DNA of 64,000 nucleotides from an uncultured Bacilli bacterium (GTDB lineage: Bacteria; Bacillota_I; Bacilli_A; RF39; UBA660): positions 234-64,233 of the forward strand of contig CANRGD010000003.1 of assembly GCA_947630105.1 (NCBI GenBank), written 5' to 3'. Of this stretch, positions 38,593-49,266 are shown in pieces. Within the stretch, counting starts at the first letter, position 1. Each line of letters starts with the position of its first letter. A program made the translations under genes and the position numbers. Under the pieces are notes generated by a model. The model was not told the origin of the DNA. It saw nothing but the letters and a program-made list of their open reading frames with translations, and made no database searches.

Positions 38593-39330
38593 ATGATTAA
38601 GTTAAATAATGTAGCAATGCGCTTTAATTTAGGAATAGAAAAAAATTATTCTATTAAAGAAGCTTTTATTTCCATATTTGATAAAAAAAGACGCCTTAAA
38701 AAAAGTGAATTTTGGGCTTTAAAAAATATATCTTTCACTGTTGAAAAAGGTGAAGTAGTTGGCTTAATTGGAAGCAATGGAGCAGGTAAAAGTACCCTTT
38801 TAAAAATTGTAAGTGGTGTTATGAAACCAACTAAAGGAACAGTAGAAGTTCATGGCGTTATTTCTCCCATGATTGAATTAGGAGCTGGTTTTGACTTAGA
38901 ACTAACTGCAAGAGAAAATATTTATTTAAATGGTTCGATTTTAGGATATTCCAAAAAGTTTATAGATGATAAATTCACTGAAATAGTTGATTTTTCTGAA
39001 TTAAAAGATTTTTTAGATGTTCCAGTTAAAAATTTTTCTTCTGGTATGATTGCTAAATTAGCTTTTTCCATAGCAACAATAGTAAATCCTGAAATTTTAA
39101 TTGTTGATGAAATATTATCAGTAGGGGATATAAAATTTCAAGAAAAAAGTCGTAACAAAATGCTTCAAATGATTAAAGGTGGAACAACTGTATTATATGT
39201 TTCCCATTCCCTAGAATCAATTAAAGAATTATGTGATAAAGTAATTTGGATAGAACATGGAGAAATAGTTAAAATGGGAGCTACTGAGCAAATATGTCAA
39301 GAATACTATAACAAACAAATGGGAAAATAG
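38593..39330 (+). CDS. Polysaccharide/teichoic-acid export ATP-binding protein (TagH/Wzt-like, short form)
   Basis: Walker A GSNGAGKST, signature FSSGMIAKL, Walker B ILIVDE. Start at ATG 38593 after AGGAGTG. The ORF-track start at 38494 overlaps the permease in another frame. Confidence 0.9.
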   Translation: MIKLNNVAMRFNLGIEKNYSIKEAFISIFDKKRRLKKSEFWALKNISFTVEKGEVVGLIGSNGAGKSTLLKIVSGVMKPTKGTVEVHGVISPMIELGAGFDLELTARENIYLNGSILGYSKKFIDDKFTEIVDFSELKDFLDVPVKNFSSGMIAKLAFSIATIVNPEILIVDEILSVGDIKFQEKSRNKMLQMIKGGTTVLYVSHSLESIKELCDKVIWIEHGEIVKMGATEQICQEYYNKQMGK

Positions 39331-39344
39331 TTTCAGGAGGTTAT

Positions 39345-41396
39345 ATGAAAGAAATAAAAGAAATCCATAATAAAAAATATAAATATATATTTTTAGATAT
39401 ATTTGATACAATCGTATCTAGAAAAGTACAACCAGAATATACCAAAAAAATTTGGGCAAATAAAATAATAAAAAAATTAGCTTTAAATATAAGTATGTTA
39501 GAGCTTTATAAAAAAAGAAATGAAGTAGAAAAAAAATTAGGACAACAAGCCTTTAATAATAATAATGATTGGGAATTTAAATATATAGATCTAGTAGATG
39601 AATTATATAATTACTTACATCCAATGATATCATTAAAAAAATTTCAACAATTAGCTATAAAAACCGAAATAGAAGTTGAATCATCAGTTTTAATACCTGA
39701 GAAAAATCTCCTTAAAGAATTAGCTCAAGCTAAAAAAGAAAATAAAAAAATATATTGTATTTCAGATATGTATTTATCAAAAGAAATGATAAAAAAAATA
39801 TTTACAAATTTAAATATAATAGATTTATTCACAGACTTTTATATTTCCTGTGAATATATGAAAAATAAAAAAACTGGTTCTTTATATGATATAGTTTTAA
39901 AAAAATTAAATGTATCTTCTGAAAATTGTATTATGATAGGAGATAATTATAGTTCTGATTATGAAATACCAAAATCTAAAGGATTAACTGCTATTTTTTT
40001 AGATAAAACAACTACTTATCAAAAATATGATCAATTCATAAATGAAAATAATGAAAATAAAATTTTAGAGAAATTTTTAACTTTAACTAAGACTAAAACT
40101 AACAGATTTGAACATACAATCTTTTCTTTATACTTATTTATTGAAAAATTATACTATCAATTATTAAATGATAATTTAGATGAAGTCTTCTTTTTATCTC
40201 GAGAAGGAGAATTTCTTAAGAAATTATTTGATAGTTATGTTAATAAAATATATGGTAAAAAGATAAAATCTCATTATATAATTGCTTCTCGAAAATCAAC
40301 TTATTTACCATCATTAAAACCTTTAAAAGAAGAAAATTTTTCTGTTTTATTACAACAATATGTATATATTAATTTGGAAGAATTTTTAGCTAGTTTAAAT
40401 TTTAGTAAAGAAGAGCAAACATCTATTTTAGAAAGTTTTTCTCATGATTTAAAAAACATACCTCAAAAAGAAATTGCTAAATTTAAGGAAACAGAAAAAA
40501 AAGAATTACAAGCACTAATTAATAAAAAATATGATACAAAAATAATATATCTATATGAATCTAAAATCTTAAAATATTTAAAATTAAACAAGAAATTTCA
40601 AGAAATATATGAAACTAATAGAAAAAATCAAAATACTTTATTTAAAAAATATATCAAATCTTTAACAAAAGAGAAGAAAATATGTTTAGTAGATATTGGT
40701 TGGAATGGTAGTATTCAAGATAACATAGAAAAAATTTTAGGCCCAGATTATCAAGTAAAAGGTTATTTATTAGGTTTAATTAGAAGAGATATGAAAAACT
40801 CTGCTAATAAAAAAGGACTAATTTTTTATAACACCCCAACAAAATCTAAAAATTTTAATTTATACTTTGAAAATAGAACAATTTATGAAATACTCTTAGG
40901 TGCATCTCATGGAAGTGCTAACAAATATATTGAAAAAAATAATAAAGTTGAAGTTTTAACTTTTGAAAAAGAAGAAGAGCATAATTTATATATAAATTTA
41001 ATATCAAAAATTCAAGATAGTATGTTTCAAATTTTTGAAAAATTACTTGAAATTTTACCAAATGGTTATTATGATAATATACAATTAAATAAATTAATAA
41101 ATAAAATACATTTTCAAATGATTTTTGAACCTACCCAAGAACAATTACAATTTTTTAATAAAATCTATCATTATGAAAATTTTGGTGTATTTGAATTTTC
41201 TAAATTTAATTTAAAAAAGAAATTAAATATTAAATATTATTTAAAAGAAAATATTAAGTATTTTGTTCGCAATAAATCTTTCTTTTATGATGCCTTTTGG
41301 CCAACTTTAAAATTAGTAAATGAAAAGCTTTATCTTCAAAGATTTTTATATATAACTAAAAACAAAATTAAATTAAAATTGAAAGGTGTTTTTTAA
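39345..41396 (+). CDS. Large HAD-superfamily hydrolase fusion protein (N-terminal HAD domain plus ~450-aa uncharacterised C-terminal region)
   Basis: HAD motif I FLDIFDT. Motif IV GDNYSSD. C-terminal VDIGWNGSIQDNI segment. AGGAGG RBS. Confidence 0.6.
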   Translation: MKEIKEIHNKKYKYIFLDIFDTIVSRKVQPEYTKKIWANKIIKKLALNISMLELYKKRNEVEKKLGQQAFNNNNDWEFKYIDLVDELYNYLHPMISLKKFQQLAIKTEIEVESSVLIPEKNLLKELAQAKKENKKIYCISDMYLSKEMIKKIFTNLNIIDLFTDFYISCEYMKNKKTGSLYDIVLKKLNVSSENCIMIGDNYSSDYEIPKSKGLTAIFLDKTTTYQKYDQFINENNENKILEKFLTLTKTKTNRFEHTIFSLYLFIEKLYYQLLNDNLDEVFFLSREGEFLKKLFDSYVNKIYGKKIKSHYIIASRKSTYLPSLKPLKEENFSVLLQQYVYINLEEFLASLNFSKEEQTSILESFSHDLKNIPQKEIAKFKETEKKELQALINKKYDTKIIYLYESKILKYLKLNKKFQEIYETNRKNQNTLFKKYIKSLTKEKKICLVDIGWNGSIQDNIEKILGPDYQVKGYLLGLIRRDMKNSANKKGLIFYNTPTKSKNFNLYFENRTIYEILLGASHGSANKYIEKNNKVEVLTFEKEEEHNLYINLISKIQDSMFQIFEKLLEILPNGYYDNIQLNKLINKIHFQMIFEPTQEQLQFFNKIYHYENFGVFEFSKFNLKKKLNIKYYLKENIKYFVRNKSFFYDAFWPTLKLVNEKLYLQRFLYITKNKIKLKLKGVF

Positions 41397-41397
41397 T

Positions 41398-42558
41398 ATG
41401 AAATGTATCTTTACCTTAGGATCTCCAGCAATTGGTGGAGGAACAACTGTAATTTTTGAACATGCTACTAGAATGCTTTTAGAAAATGTAGATGTTTATA
41501 TAGTTACAGACCATAAAATAGATCCTCAAGAATATGCTTGGCACTCTTCAGCTCATAAATTAAAATGGGTTACTTATGATGAAATTGCTGATGAAGAATT
41601 TGATATGGCTATTGTTACTTGGTGGAGAACAGTATATGAAGCTTATAAAATAAAAGCTAAACATTATGTTTATTTTGTTCAATCTATTGAATCTAGATTT
41701 TATCCTGAAGAAGAACAAGGTCTTAAAATTTTAGCCGAATTAACTTATTTTTTAGGAATGCAAGTAATAACAGAAGCTACATGGATAAAAGAATATTTAG
41801 AAAAATATGGTATAAATGCTTATTTAGTACATAATGGAATAAGAAAAGACTTATATTCTAATATTGGAGATAAATATGAAAAATGTAATGGCTTAAGAGT
41901 ATTAGTAGAAGGACCTGTTGATGTTCCTTTCAAAAATGTACCTAAAACAATAAAATTAGTACAAGAAAGTATGGCAGATGAGATATGGCTGTTAACCTCT
42001 TCCAAAGTAGATTCTTATCCTGGAGTAGATAAAGTTTTTTCGCAAATTCCCCCTAAAGATTGTGCCAAGATTTTTAGATCATGCGATGTTATGGTTAAAT
42101 TAAGTTATATTGAAGGAATGTTTGGACCACCATTGGAAATGTTTCATTGTGGAGGAACAACTATAGTATATGATGTAACAGGACACGATGAATATATAGT
42201 TAATAATAAAAATGGTTTAGTTGTAAAAACAGATGACGATGAAAAGGTCATTGCATGTATAAATAAGTTGAAAGATGAAAAATTATTAAAAAAATTAAAA
42301 AAAGGTGCTCTTGAAACTGCAAAAAATTGGGTTTCATGGGAAGAATCATCGCATAATTTTTATAAGACTGTAAAAGAAATAGAAAAACTTCCTTCAATAG
42401 ATCAACAGGTATTAGAAACAAAATCAAAACTTTTCTTTGATGTTTATGTAAAATATGAAACCAAAGATGATACATCTATAAAAAAATTTATTGGCAAACG
42501 ATTAAGAAAAAATCACCCGAGAATATATACTATGTATAGAAAATTAATAAGAAAGTGA
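41398..42558 (+). CDS. GT4-family (GT-B) glycosyltransferase
   Basis: N-terminal GSPAIGGGTTVIFEHA and C-terminal EGMFGPPLEMFHCGGTTIVYDVTGHDEYIVNNKNGLVV. Confidence 0.7.
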   Translation: MKCIFTLGSPAIGGGTTVIFEHATRMLLENVDVYIVTDHKIDPQEYAWHSSAHKLKWVTYDEIADEEFDMAIVTWWRTVYEAYKIKAKHYVYFVQSIESRFYPEEEQGLKILAELTYFLGMQVITEATWIKEYLEKYGINAYLVHNGIRKDLYSNIGDKYEKCNGLRVLVEGPVDVPFKNVPKTIKLVQESMADEIWLLTSSKVDSYPGVDKVFSQIPPKDCAKIFRSCDVMVKLSYIEGMFGPPLEMFHCGGTTIVYDVTGHDEYIVNNKNGLVVKTDDDEKVIACINKLKDEKLLKKLKKGALETAKNWVSWEESSHNFYKTVKEIEKLPSIDQQVLETKSKLFFDVYVKYETKDDTSIKKFIGKRLRKNHPRIYTMYRKLIRK

Positions 42559-42566
42559 TGATATAT

Positions 42567-43787
42567 ATGAAAAATGGATTGGTAGTATTTAAAGAAACTG
42601 AAAATATTGGTGATGATATTCAAAGCTATGCAGCACTACGACATTTACCTAAAATTGATTATTATATTGAAAGAGAGGAATTAGATTTATTTATACCTAC
42701 CAAAAAAGAACAAGTTTTAACTATTATGAATGGCTGGTATTTACATTCAAAAATAAATTTTCCTCTATCACCTTATATTTATCCCATTTTTATATCAACT
42801 CATTTTTCATCATATAAAAGTGGAGGTATTAAAACTGAATATTTAAATGATTTTAGCAAAACAGAATTATTAAAATATGCTCCAATAGGATGTAGAGATA
42901 GTGGAACAGCAAAAATATTAGATGAATATAAAATACCAAATTATTTTTCTGGTTGTTTAACTTTAACAATTGAAAAAGATCCCACTATAGAAAAAAAAGA
43001 CTATATTTGTTTAGTTGACATAGACCCTAAAGTTGAAAATTGTATTTATAATAATTTAGGTACCAAATATGAAATAATTAAAAAGACTCATACTCTTAAT
43101 AAAGAAAAAAATATGCAATTAAGTTGGGAAGAAAGATTTAGTAATGTAAAAAAGTTATTAGATACATATCAATCAGCTAAATTAGTAGTTACTAGTAGAC
43201 TTCATTGTGCTCTACCTTGTTTAGCATTAAATACTCCCGTTTTATTATTATATAATGAAGAAGATATATATATAAAAGATCGTTTATCTGATTATACTAA
43301 ACTTTTAAATTTTATGAGTACAAAAGAATTTTTATCAAAGGGAATAAAAACTTTAAAAAAAGGAATAAAAAATAGTGATAAATATTTAAAAATAAAAAAT
43401 TCCCTTGAAACTAAATTGCAACAAAGTATTAAAGAAGCTACTAAAAATAATTTAAATTCTACTTTACCAGCCTTAAAAGATTATAAAGATTTATATATAA
43501 AACCTAAAAAACATTTTGATAAAATATATCATTTAGCAGTAAAGCAAATGGAAATTGATGAAAGAAATTATATTAATTTAAAATATGAAAAAGATTATTG
43601 GCAAAAGGAATTTAATAATCTTTTACTAAAAGTAAATGAATATAATAATTTAACCACAGAAAGAAATTATCTTTCAAAAAAATATGATGAAATTATTAAA
43701 GAAAATTCATTTTTAAAGAAGAAATTATCAAAATATGAAAAAAAGGAAAAAGTTATCAAAAGGAGTAAAAATGAACATAAAAAATAA
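42567..43787 (+). CDS. Polysaccharide pyruvyl transferase family protein with C-terminal coiled-coil
   Basis: NIGDDIQSYAALRHL near the N-terminus and VTSRLHCALPCLALNTPVLLL (family signature). Start ambiguous (GTG 42555 / ATG 42558 / ATG 42567). Confidence 0.6.
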   Translation: MKNGLVVFKETENIGDDIQSYAALRHLPKIDYYIEREELDLFIPTKKEQVLTIMNGWYLHSKINFPLSPYIYPIFISTHFSSYKSGGIKTEYLNDFSKTELLKYAPIGCRDSGTAKILDEYKIPNYFSGCLTLTIEKDPTIEKKDYICLVDIDPKVENCIYNNLGTKYEIIKKTHTLNKEKNMQLSWEERFSNVKKLLDTYQSAKLVVTSRLHCALPCLALNTPVLLLYNEEDIYIKDRLSDYTKLLNFMSTKEFLSKGIKTLKKGIKNSDKYLKIKNSLETKLQQSIKEATKNNLNSTLPALKDYKDLYIKPKKHFDKIYHLAVKQMEIDERNYINLKYEKDYWQKEFNNLLLKVNEYNNLTTERNYLSKKYDEIIKENSFLKKKLSKYEKKEKVIKRSKNEHKK

Positions 43788-45306
43788 AAAATTAACTTTA
43801 GCCGAATTTATTAAAACTTCTAAAATATCAATTTTAATAACTATAATTTTTTTACTATTTGGATATGGGCAAAGATTATTTTCTATAGCTTTTTCAATAG
43901 ATACAGAATTATATATTAGAAGTTATATTTCAAATTATACCTGGTGGTTAAGTCTCGATAGATGGGGCTTAGTATTATTTAATAAATTTTTTAAATTGGG
44001 ACCACTTCCCATTTTTCAAACAAATATTTTAACATTTTCATTAATTATAGTTTATAGTGTATTATTAAATTATTTATTTTATTTATATATTGATGAAAAA
44101 TATGAAAAAAAATTTATTTGTTGGCAATTTGTATTTTCACTTATATTTATTAGTAGTCCCATTTTTGCGGAGATATATAATTTTGCTATATTAAATGCTG
44201 CTGTTGCTGCTGGAATTTGTTTAATTGCTTTAGCGCAAATAATTTTACAAAAAGCATCTCTCATAAAAGATAAATTTTATAAAAATTGTCTACTTATACT
44301 AACAATTGTATTAGGAACATTTTCTTTCGGAATATACCAAGCTATAATTCCCTTATATATATTAATTGTAACATCACTTTATTTTTTACAATGTCTTAAA
44401 GAAAAAAATAGTTCCTTTAACTGGTTACTAAAACAAATTATTATTTTTGGAATTATAGCTATCTTATATTTTGTAATAAATAATTGTATAGGAATTTCTA
44501 ATGATTATTTAAACAATGGTTGGTTAAAAGGAAATATAAGTCAATGTATAATTAACATTTTTCAAGCCTTTAAAGAACTATTAAAAGGTAAATCTATTTT
44601 TTATAATTATGGATATGTAATTAGTATTGGATTAATTATTATCTATAATATTTATAAAATATTTAAGAAAAAAACAAATTTTGGCCTTATTTTATCTAGT
44701 CTCGGTTTAGTATTAGGACCTTTATATATATTTATATTAACAGGTGAAATTCAATTAAAAAGGACACAATTTAACTACCCATATACTATAGCTTTTATCT
44801 TTTTACTCTTAATGATATTTTTACAAAATAAAAAAGCCCATAATATATATTTAAGAGGTTTAGTTAGTTTAGTTATTTTATATTTTGCTTATTCTCAAAT
44901 GATGATTACTGGTAATTTATTTTATACTGATTCTGTTAGATATCAAAAAGATGTAGAACTAGCTGCTAAAATACAAAATAGAATTGAATCTCAAGAATGG
45001 TATGATAAAAATAAAAAATATACTTTGATATTTTATGGACGTATAAAAAATCAAACGGTTAACTCTTATATAAAAGGTGAAATAATAGGTAAGTCATTTT
45101 TTGAATTTGATTATAAATATCACTATGGAGTAAGCGATAGAGCAACAGCTTTTTTAGAATCCTTAGGATATTATTATAATGCTCCAACTATTGCTGAATT
45201 TGACGAAGCAAAAAAATATGCTACTACACTTCCTTCACTACCTAATAAAAATTGTATTTTTAATAAAGAAAATTATATTATTGTAAAACTTTCAGATGAT
45301 ATATAA
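43771..45306 (+). CDS. Polytopic membrane protein, GT-C-like (GtrC / Glucos_trans_II-like) glycosyltransferase candidate
   Basis: ~12 TM helices. Acidic first external loop (FSIDTELY). Sits directly upstream of a GtrB-like gene. Start at ATG 43771 after AAAGGAG. Confidence 0.45.
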   Translation: MNIKNKKLTLAEFIKTSKISILITIIFLLFGYGQRLFSIAFSIDTELYIRSYISNYTWWLSLDRWGLVLFNKFFKLGPLPIFQTNILTFSLIIVYSVLLNYLFYLYIDEKYEKKFICWQFVFSLIFISSPIFAEIYNFAILNAAVAAGICLIALAQIILQKASLIKDKFYKNCLLILTIVLGTFSFGIYQAIIPLYILIVTSLYFLQCLKEKNSSFNWLLKQIIIFGIIAILYFVINNCIGISNDYLNNGWLKGNISQCIINIFQAFKELLKGKSIFYNYGYVISIGLIIIYNIYKIFKKKTNFGLILSSLGLVLGPLYIFILTGEIQLKRTQFNYPYTIAFIFLLLMIFLQNKKAHNIYLRGLVSLVILYFAYSQMMITGNLFYTDSVRYQKDVELAAKIQNRIESQEWYDKNKKYTLIFYGRIKNQTVNSYIKGEIIGKSFFEFDYKYHYGVSDRATAFLESLGYYYNAPTIAEFDEAKKYATTLPSLPNKNCIFNKENYIIVKLSDDI

Positions 45307-45321
45307 AAGAAAGGATTAAAA

Positions 45322-46293
45322 ATGAAAAAAAACAAAGAAATATTATATATTGTAGTACCTTGTTATAATGAAGAAGAGGTATTAACAGAAACAACAAAAC
45401 AATTAAAATTAAAATTAACTAAACTTATAAAGGATAATAAAATAAGTGAAGAAAGTAGAGTAATGTACGTAAATGATGGTTCTTCTGATAAAACATGGGA
45501 ATTAATTGAAGAAATAAGTAAAAAAGAAAAACTTTTTACAGGAATTAGTCTCTCAAGAAATAGAGGTCATCAAAATGCTTTACTTGGAGGCTTAATGACT
45601 GCTAAAAATTATGCTGACATTGTGATTAGTATGGATGCAGATTTACAAGATGACATTGAAGCTATTGATCAAATGCTAGAAAAATATAAATTAGGCAATG
45701 ATATTGTTTATGGTGTTAGGAATGCTCGCCTTACAGATAGCTGGTTTAAACGAGTAACAGCTGAAGGCTTTTATAAATTTATGCAAAAAATGGGAGTAGA
45801 TATAGTATATAATCATGCTGATTACAGATTGATGAGTAAAAGAGCTTTAAATAATCTTGAAAATTTTAAAGAAGTTAATTTGTTTTTAAGAGGATTAGTC
45901 CCCTTAATTGGATATAAATCAGATGTAGTTTACTATGAAAGAAAAGAAAGATTTGCTGGAAAAAGTAAATATCCATTAAAAAAAATGTTAAATTTTGCTT
46001 GGGATGGTATAACATCATTTTCAATAAAGCCAATAAGATTAATACTTAATATAGGAATTATTATGTTTATTTTAAGTATTTTAATATTATTTTATAGTTT
46101 ATTTATGAAATTTATTGGTAAAACAGTAGCCGGCTGGACTTTTATAATATGCTCTTTATGGTTAGTAGGTGGAATTCAAATGCTATCACTTGGAATCATT
46201 GGTGAATATATTGGCAAAATTTATAATGAAACAAAAAGTAGACCTAGATATATCATATCTAGAAATTTAATAGAAGAAGATACTAAAAAATAG
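45322..46293 (+). CDS. GtrB/DPM1-like polyprenyl-phosphate glycosyltransferase (second copy)
   Basis: LYIVVPCYNEEEVL...VNDGSSDKT...MDADLQDD plus two C-terminal TM helices. Confidence 0.8.
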   Translation: MKKNKEILYIVVPCYNEEEVLTETTKQLKLKLTKLIKDNKISEESRVMYVNDGSSDKTWELIEEISKKEKLFTGISLSRNRGHQNALLGGLMTAKNYADIVISMDADLQDDIEAIDQMLEKYKLGNDIVYGVRNARLTDSWFKRVTAEGFYKFMQKMGVDIVYNHADYRLMSKRALNNLENFKEVNLFLRGLVPLIGYKSDVVYYERKERFAGKSKYPLKKMLNFAWDGITSFSIKPIRLILNIGIIMFILSILILFYSLFMKFIGKTVAGWTFIICSLWLVGGIQMLSLGIIGEYIGKIYNETKSRPRYIISRNLIEEDTKK

Positions 46294-46378
46294 TATTTTT
46301 TTTATGGATTTCTCTCTAAAAATTTACAAAATCTAAAAGATATTATATAATCTTTATATAAGATATGGGGAGACGGTT

Positions 46379-47482
46379 ATGAAAAAAAGAAATTCAAGTT
46401 ATGAAATAATGCGCATTATATCTATGCTTTTTATAGTTTTATATCATGTAATAAGTCATGGAAAAGTATTGACTAATTACAACAATCCTGGTGCAAAATT
46501 GCTTTTAGAAATTTTATTATTTATAATAATTATCCATGTAAATTCCTTTGTTTTACTAGCCGGTTATTTTCAATGTGAAAGTAAATTTAAACAAAGAAAA
46601 TTATGGGAATTAATTAATGCTAGTCTTTTTTATAAAATTAGTATAATAATTTTTTTAATAATATTAGGTGTTAATATAGATAAATTAACTATTTTTAAAG
46701 AATTAATTCCTATAAATACAGTAGAATATTGGTTTATAAAATGTTACTTTTTTCTTTATTGTTTAACACCATTTATAAATAAAGGTATAGAAAATTTAAA
46801 CAAAAAATATTTTACCAATTTATTATTAGTACTAATTTTTATTTTTTCCATAATTCCCTCTTATATCGGTTTAGATGCCTTTAACAATGATGGCTATACC
46901 TTATATCATTTTATATTAATGTATTTAATTGGTGCATATCTAAAAAAATATCCTTTACAAAATAATTATATATTTAAAAATTTTTCTAAAAAATTATTTC
47001 AAATAATTTTAATTATCCTATTCTTTTTAATGCCTTTAATTAACATAAGTTTTACCAGCTTTGCAGAAAAAATAAATAATACTAATTTTTTCTTTAATTT
47101 TATAAGTAAAAATATTACTTTAAGTTCACTAGCCTATAACAATCCTCTAATTATTATTCAAAGTATAGTGTATTTTTCCTTTTTTGGAACATTTAATTTT
47201 TACAATAAATTTATAAATAAGCTTTCATCTTTAACTTTAGGTGTTTACTTTATTCATGATAATAATTTTGTTAGAGAAAGATTATATAAATTTTTAAAAG
47301 TTGATATAAAAAATATTACTAGTTATAAGTTTATATTATATATTATTTTAATAAGTATCATTATATATTTAGTATGTATAATTATTGAATTTATTAGAAA
47401 ATTAATATTTAAATTTATATATAATAGAAAGATATCTTCTAAAATAAGAAATAAATATTATGCTATGTTAGCCAAAATATAA
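46379..47482 (+). CDS. Acyltransferase family 3 membrane protein (O-acetyltransferase-like)
   Basis: N-terminal YEIMRIISMLFIVLYHV motif and 10 or more TM helices. Confidence 0.75.
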   Translation: MKKRNSSYEIMRIISMLFIVLYHVISHGKVLTNYNNPGAKLLLEILLFIIIIHVNSFVLLAGYFQCESKFKQRKLWELINASLFYKISIIIFLIILGVNIDKLTIFKELIPINTVEYWFIKCYFFLYCLTPFINKGIENLNKKYFTNLLLVLIFIFSIIPSYIGLDAFNNDGYTLYHFILMYLIGAYLKKYPLQNNYIFKNFSKKLFQIILIILFFLMPLINISFTSFAEKINNTNFFFNFISKNITLSSLAYNNPLIIIQSIVYFSFFGTFNFYNKFINKLSSLTLGVYFIHDNNFVRERLYKFLKVDIKNITSYKFILYIILISIIIYLVCIIIEFIRKLIFKFIYNRKISSKIRNKYYAMLAKI

Positions 47483-47538
47483 ATTTTATAGTAAAACTAT
47501 AAAAAAATGATATAATAATTATAAGTGGAGCTGATATT

Positions 47539-48465
47539 ATGAAAAAGTGCATAATTATTATGAATCCAGCCAGTGGCAAAAAGAAAAAAATTGATAATTA
47601 TAAAGAGTTTTATGATATTTTAAGAAAATATGATTATGAAACTGAAATAAAATTTACTAAAGCAAAAAATGATGCTACCAAAATAATCGAGTCCTTGCCT
47701 AATGATATTGACCTAGTAATCAGTGCTGGAGGAGATGGTACATTAAATGAAGTCGTAACTGGTAATAATAATCGTCAAAAAAAATTAGCTTTAGCTAATT
47801 TACCAATGGGTACTACTAATGATGTTGGCAATATGTATGGATTAAATCAAAATGTTTATAAAAATCTTGAAAAATTATTAAGTGGTCAACCGAAAAAAAT
47901 AGATATTTGCTATATAAATAATATACCTTTTGTTTATGTAGCTTGTTTAGGAGATTATATTGATATGGCTTATAATACTCCTCGAGATTTAAAAAAGAAA
48001 TATGGTAAAATAGCCTATATCCTATATGGTCTAAAACAATTAAGAAATAAAATCAATCGATATAACATAAAATTTACAGTAGATGGTAAAAAATATACAG
48101 GTAAATATTCTTTTATCTTTATAACAAATTCATCACGTATTGCTGGGCTAACAGATGTTTATTATGATGTTAAATTAGATGATAAAATGTTTGAAGTTGC
48201 CTTAGCCGATGTTAAAACAAAAAAAGAAATGTTAAAAATGATAGCCTTAATAAATATTTTAGATGTAAAAGATATGCCTGGTATAACATACTTTCGAACA
48301 AACAATCTTGAAATAGAATTTTTAGATAAACCAAAAACCTCATGGTGTATTGATGGTGAAAAATTAGACTCTCAAAAGAAAAAGTATACTTTTCGAGTAG
48401 AAAACAATATGGACATGTTAATGCCCAAAGAAAAAATAAAAAAATTATTTCAAGAAGAAAAGTAG
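47539..48465 (+). CDS. Diacylglycerol kinase family lipid kinase (DagK/YegS-like)
   Basis: IIMNPASGKKK...GGDGTLNEVV...GTTNDV motifs. Confidence 0.85.
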   Translation: MKKCIIIMNPASGKKKKIDNYKEFYDILRKYDYETEIKFTKAKNDATKIIESLPNDIDLVISAGGDGTLNEVVTGNNNRQKKLALANLPMGTTNDVGNMYGLNQNVYKNLEKLLSGQPKKIDICYINNIPFVYVACLGDYIDMAYNTPRDLKKKYGKIAYILYGLKQLRNKINRYNIKFTVDGKKYTGKYSFIFITNSSRIAGLTDVYYDVKLDDKMFEVALADVKTKKEMLKMIALINILDVKDMPGITYFRTNNLEIEFLDKPKTSWCIDGEKLDSQKKKYTFRVENNMDMLMPKEKIKKLFQEEK

Positions 48466-48473
48466 ATGTTAAA

Positions 48474-49259
48474 ATGAAAAAGAAGAAAACAAAAAGAAAA
48501 TTTAAAATAAATTTAACAGTTTATTTTATTTTAAGAATTTTAGTTATTATATGCATGGTTTCTCAAGCCATCCATGGTAATTGGAATTCCGTCTTTTTAT
48601 GTGTATTCACTTTAATTTTATTTACTCTTCCCACAATAATTTCCAATAAATTAAATATTGAATTGCCAACTATTCTTGAAACAACAGTTTATTTATTCAT
48701 TTTTGCTGCTGAAATATTAGGAGAAATTCAAAATTTTTATGGAATATTTACTCACTGGGATTCTATACTCCATATTATCAATGGCTTTTTATGTGCCACA
48801 ATTGGTTTTTCCCTAATTGATATTTTAAATCGTTCAGCAAACGTTCATATAACACTTTCTCCTTTTTTTGTAGCTTTAGTTGCTTTTTGCTTTTCAATGA
48901 CAATAGGTATTATGTGGGAGTTTATAGAATTTACTGCGGATAGATATTTTTTATTAGATATGCAAAAAGATAGACTTATTTCCACCATATCATCTGTAAA
49001 AATAAATAAAAAAAATGAAAATGTTCCTGTTGTCATAAATGATATAATTAAAACAAAAATATATTCCTCTAATAAAGAAGTATTTACAATAAAAGGAGGC
49101 TATTTAGATATTGGCCTTATTGATTCCATGAAAGATTTATTTGTAAACTTTATAGGAGCTTTATCATTTTCTATAATAGGTTATTTATATATTCGTAATA
49201 GAGAAGATAATTATAAATTTGCTCTTAGTTTTATTCCTAAACTAAAGAAAAAAGAATAG
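48474..49259 (+). CDS. Hypothetical polytopic membrane protein (possibly YjdF/DUF2238-like)
   Basis: Five to six TM helices. HWDSILHIINGF motif. The family assignment is from memory only. Confidence 0.4.
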   Translation: MKKKKTKRKFKINLTVYFILRILVIICMVSQAIHGNWNSVFLCVFTLILFTLPTIISNKLNIELPTILETTVYLFIFAAEILGEIQNFYGIFTHWDSILHIINGFLCATIGFSLIDILNRSANVHITLSPFFVALVAFCFSMTIGIMWEFIEFTADRYFLLDMQKDRLISTISSVKINKKNENVPVVINDIIKTKIYSSNKEVFTIKGGYLDIGLIDSMKDLFVNFIGALSFSIIGYLYIRNREDNYKFALSFIPKLKKKE

Positions 49260-49266
49260 AGGTTTT

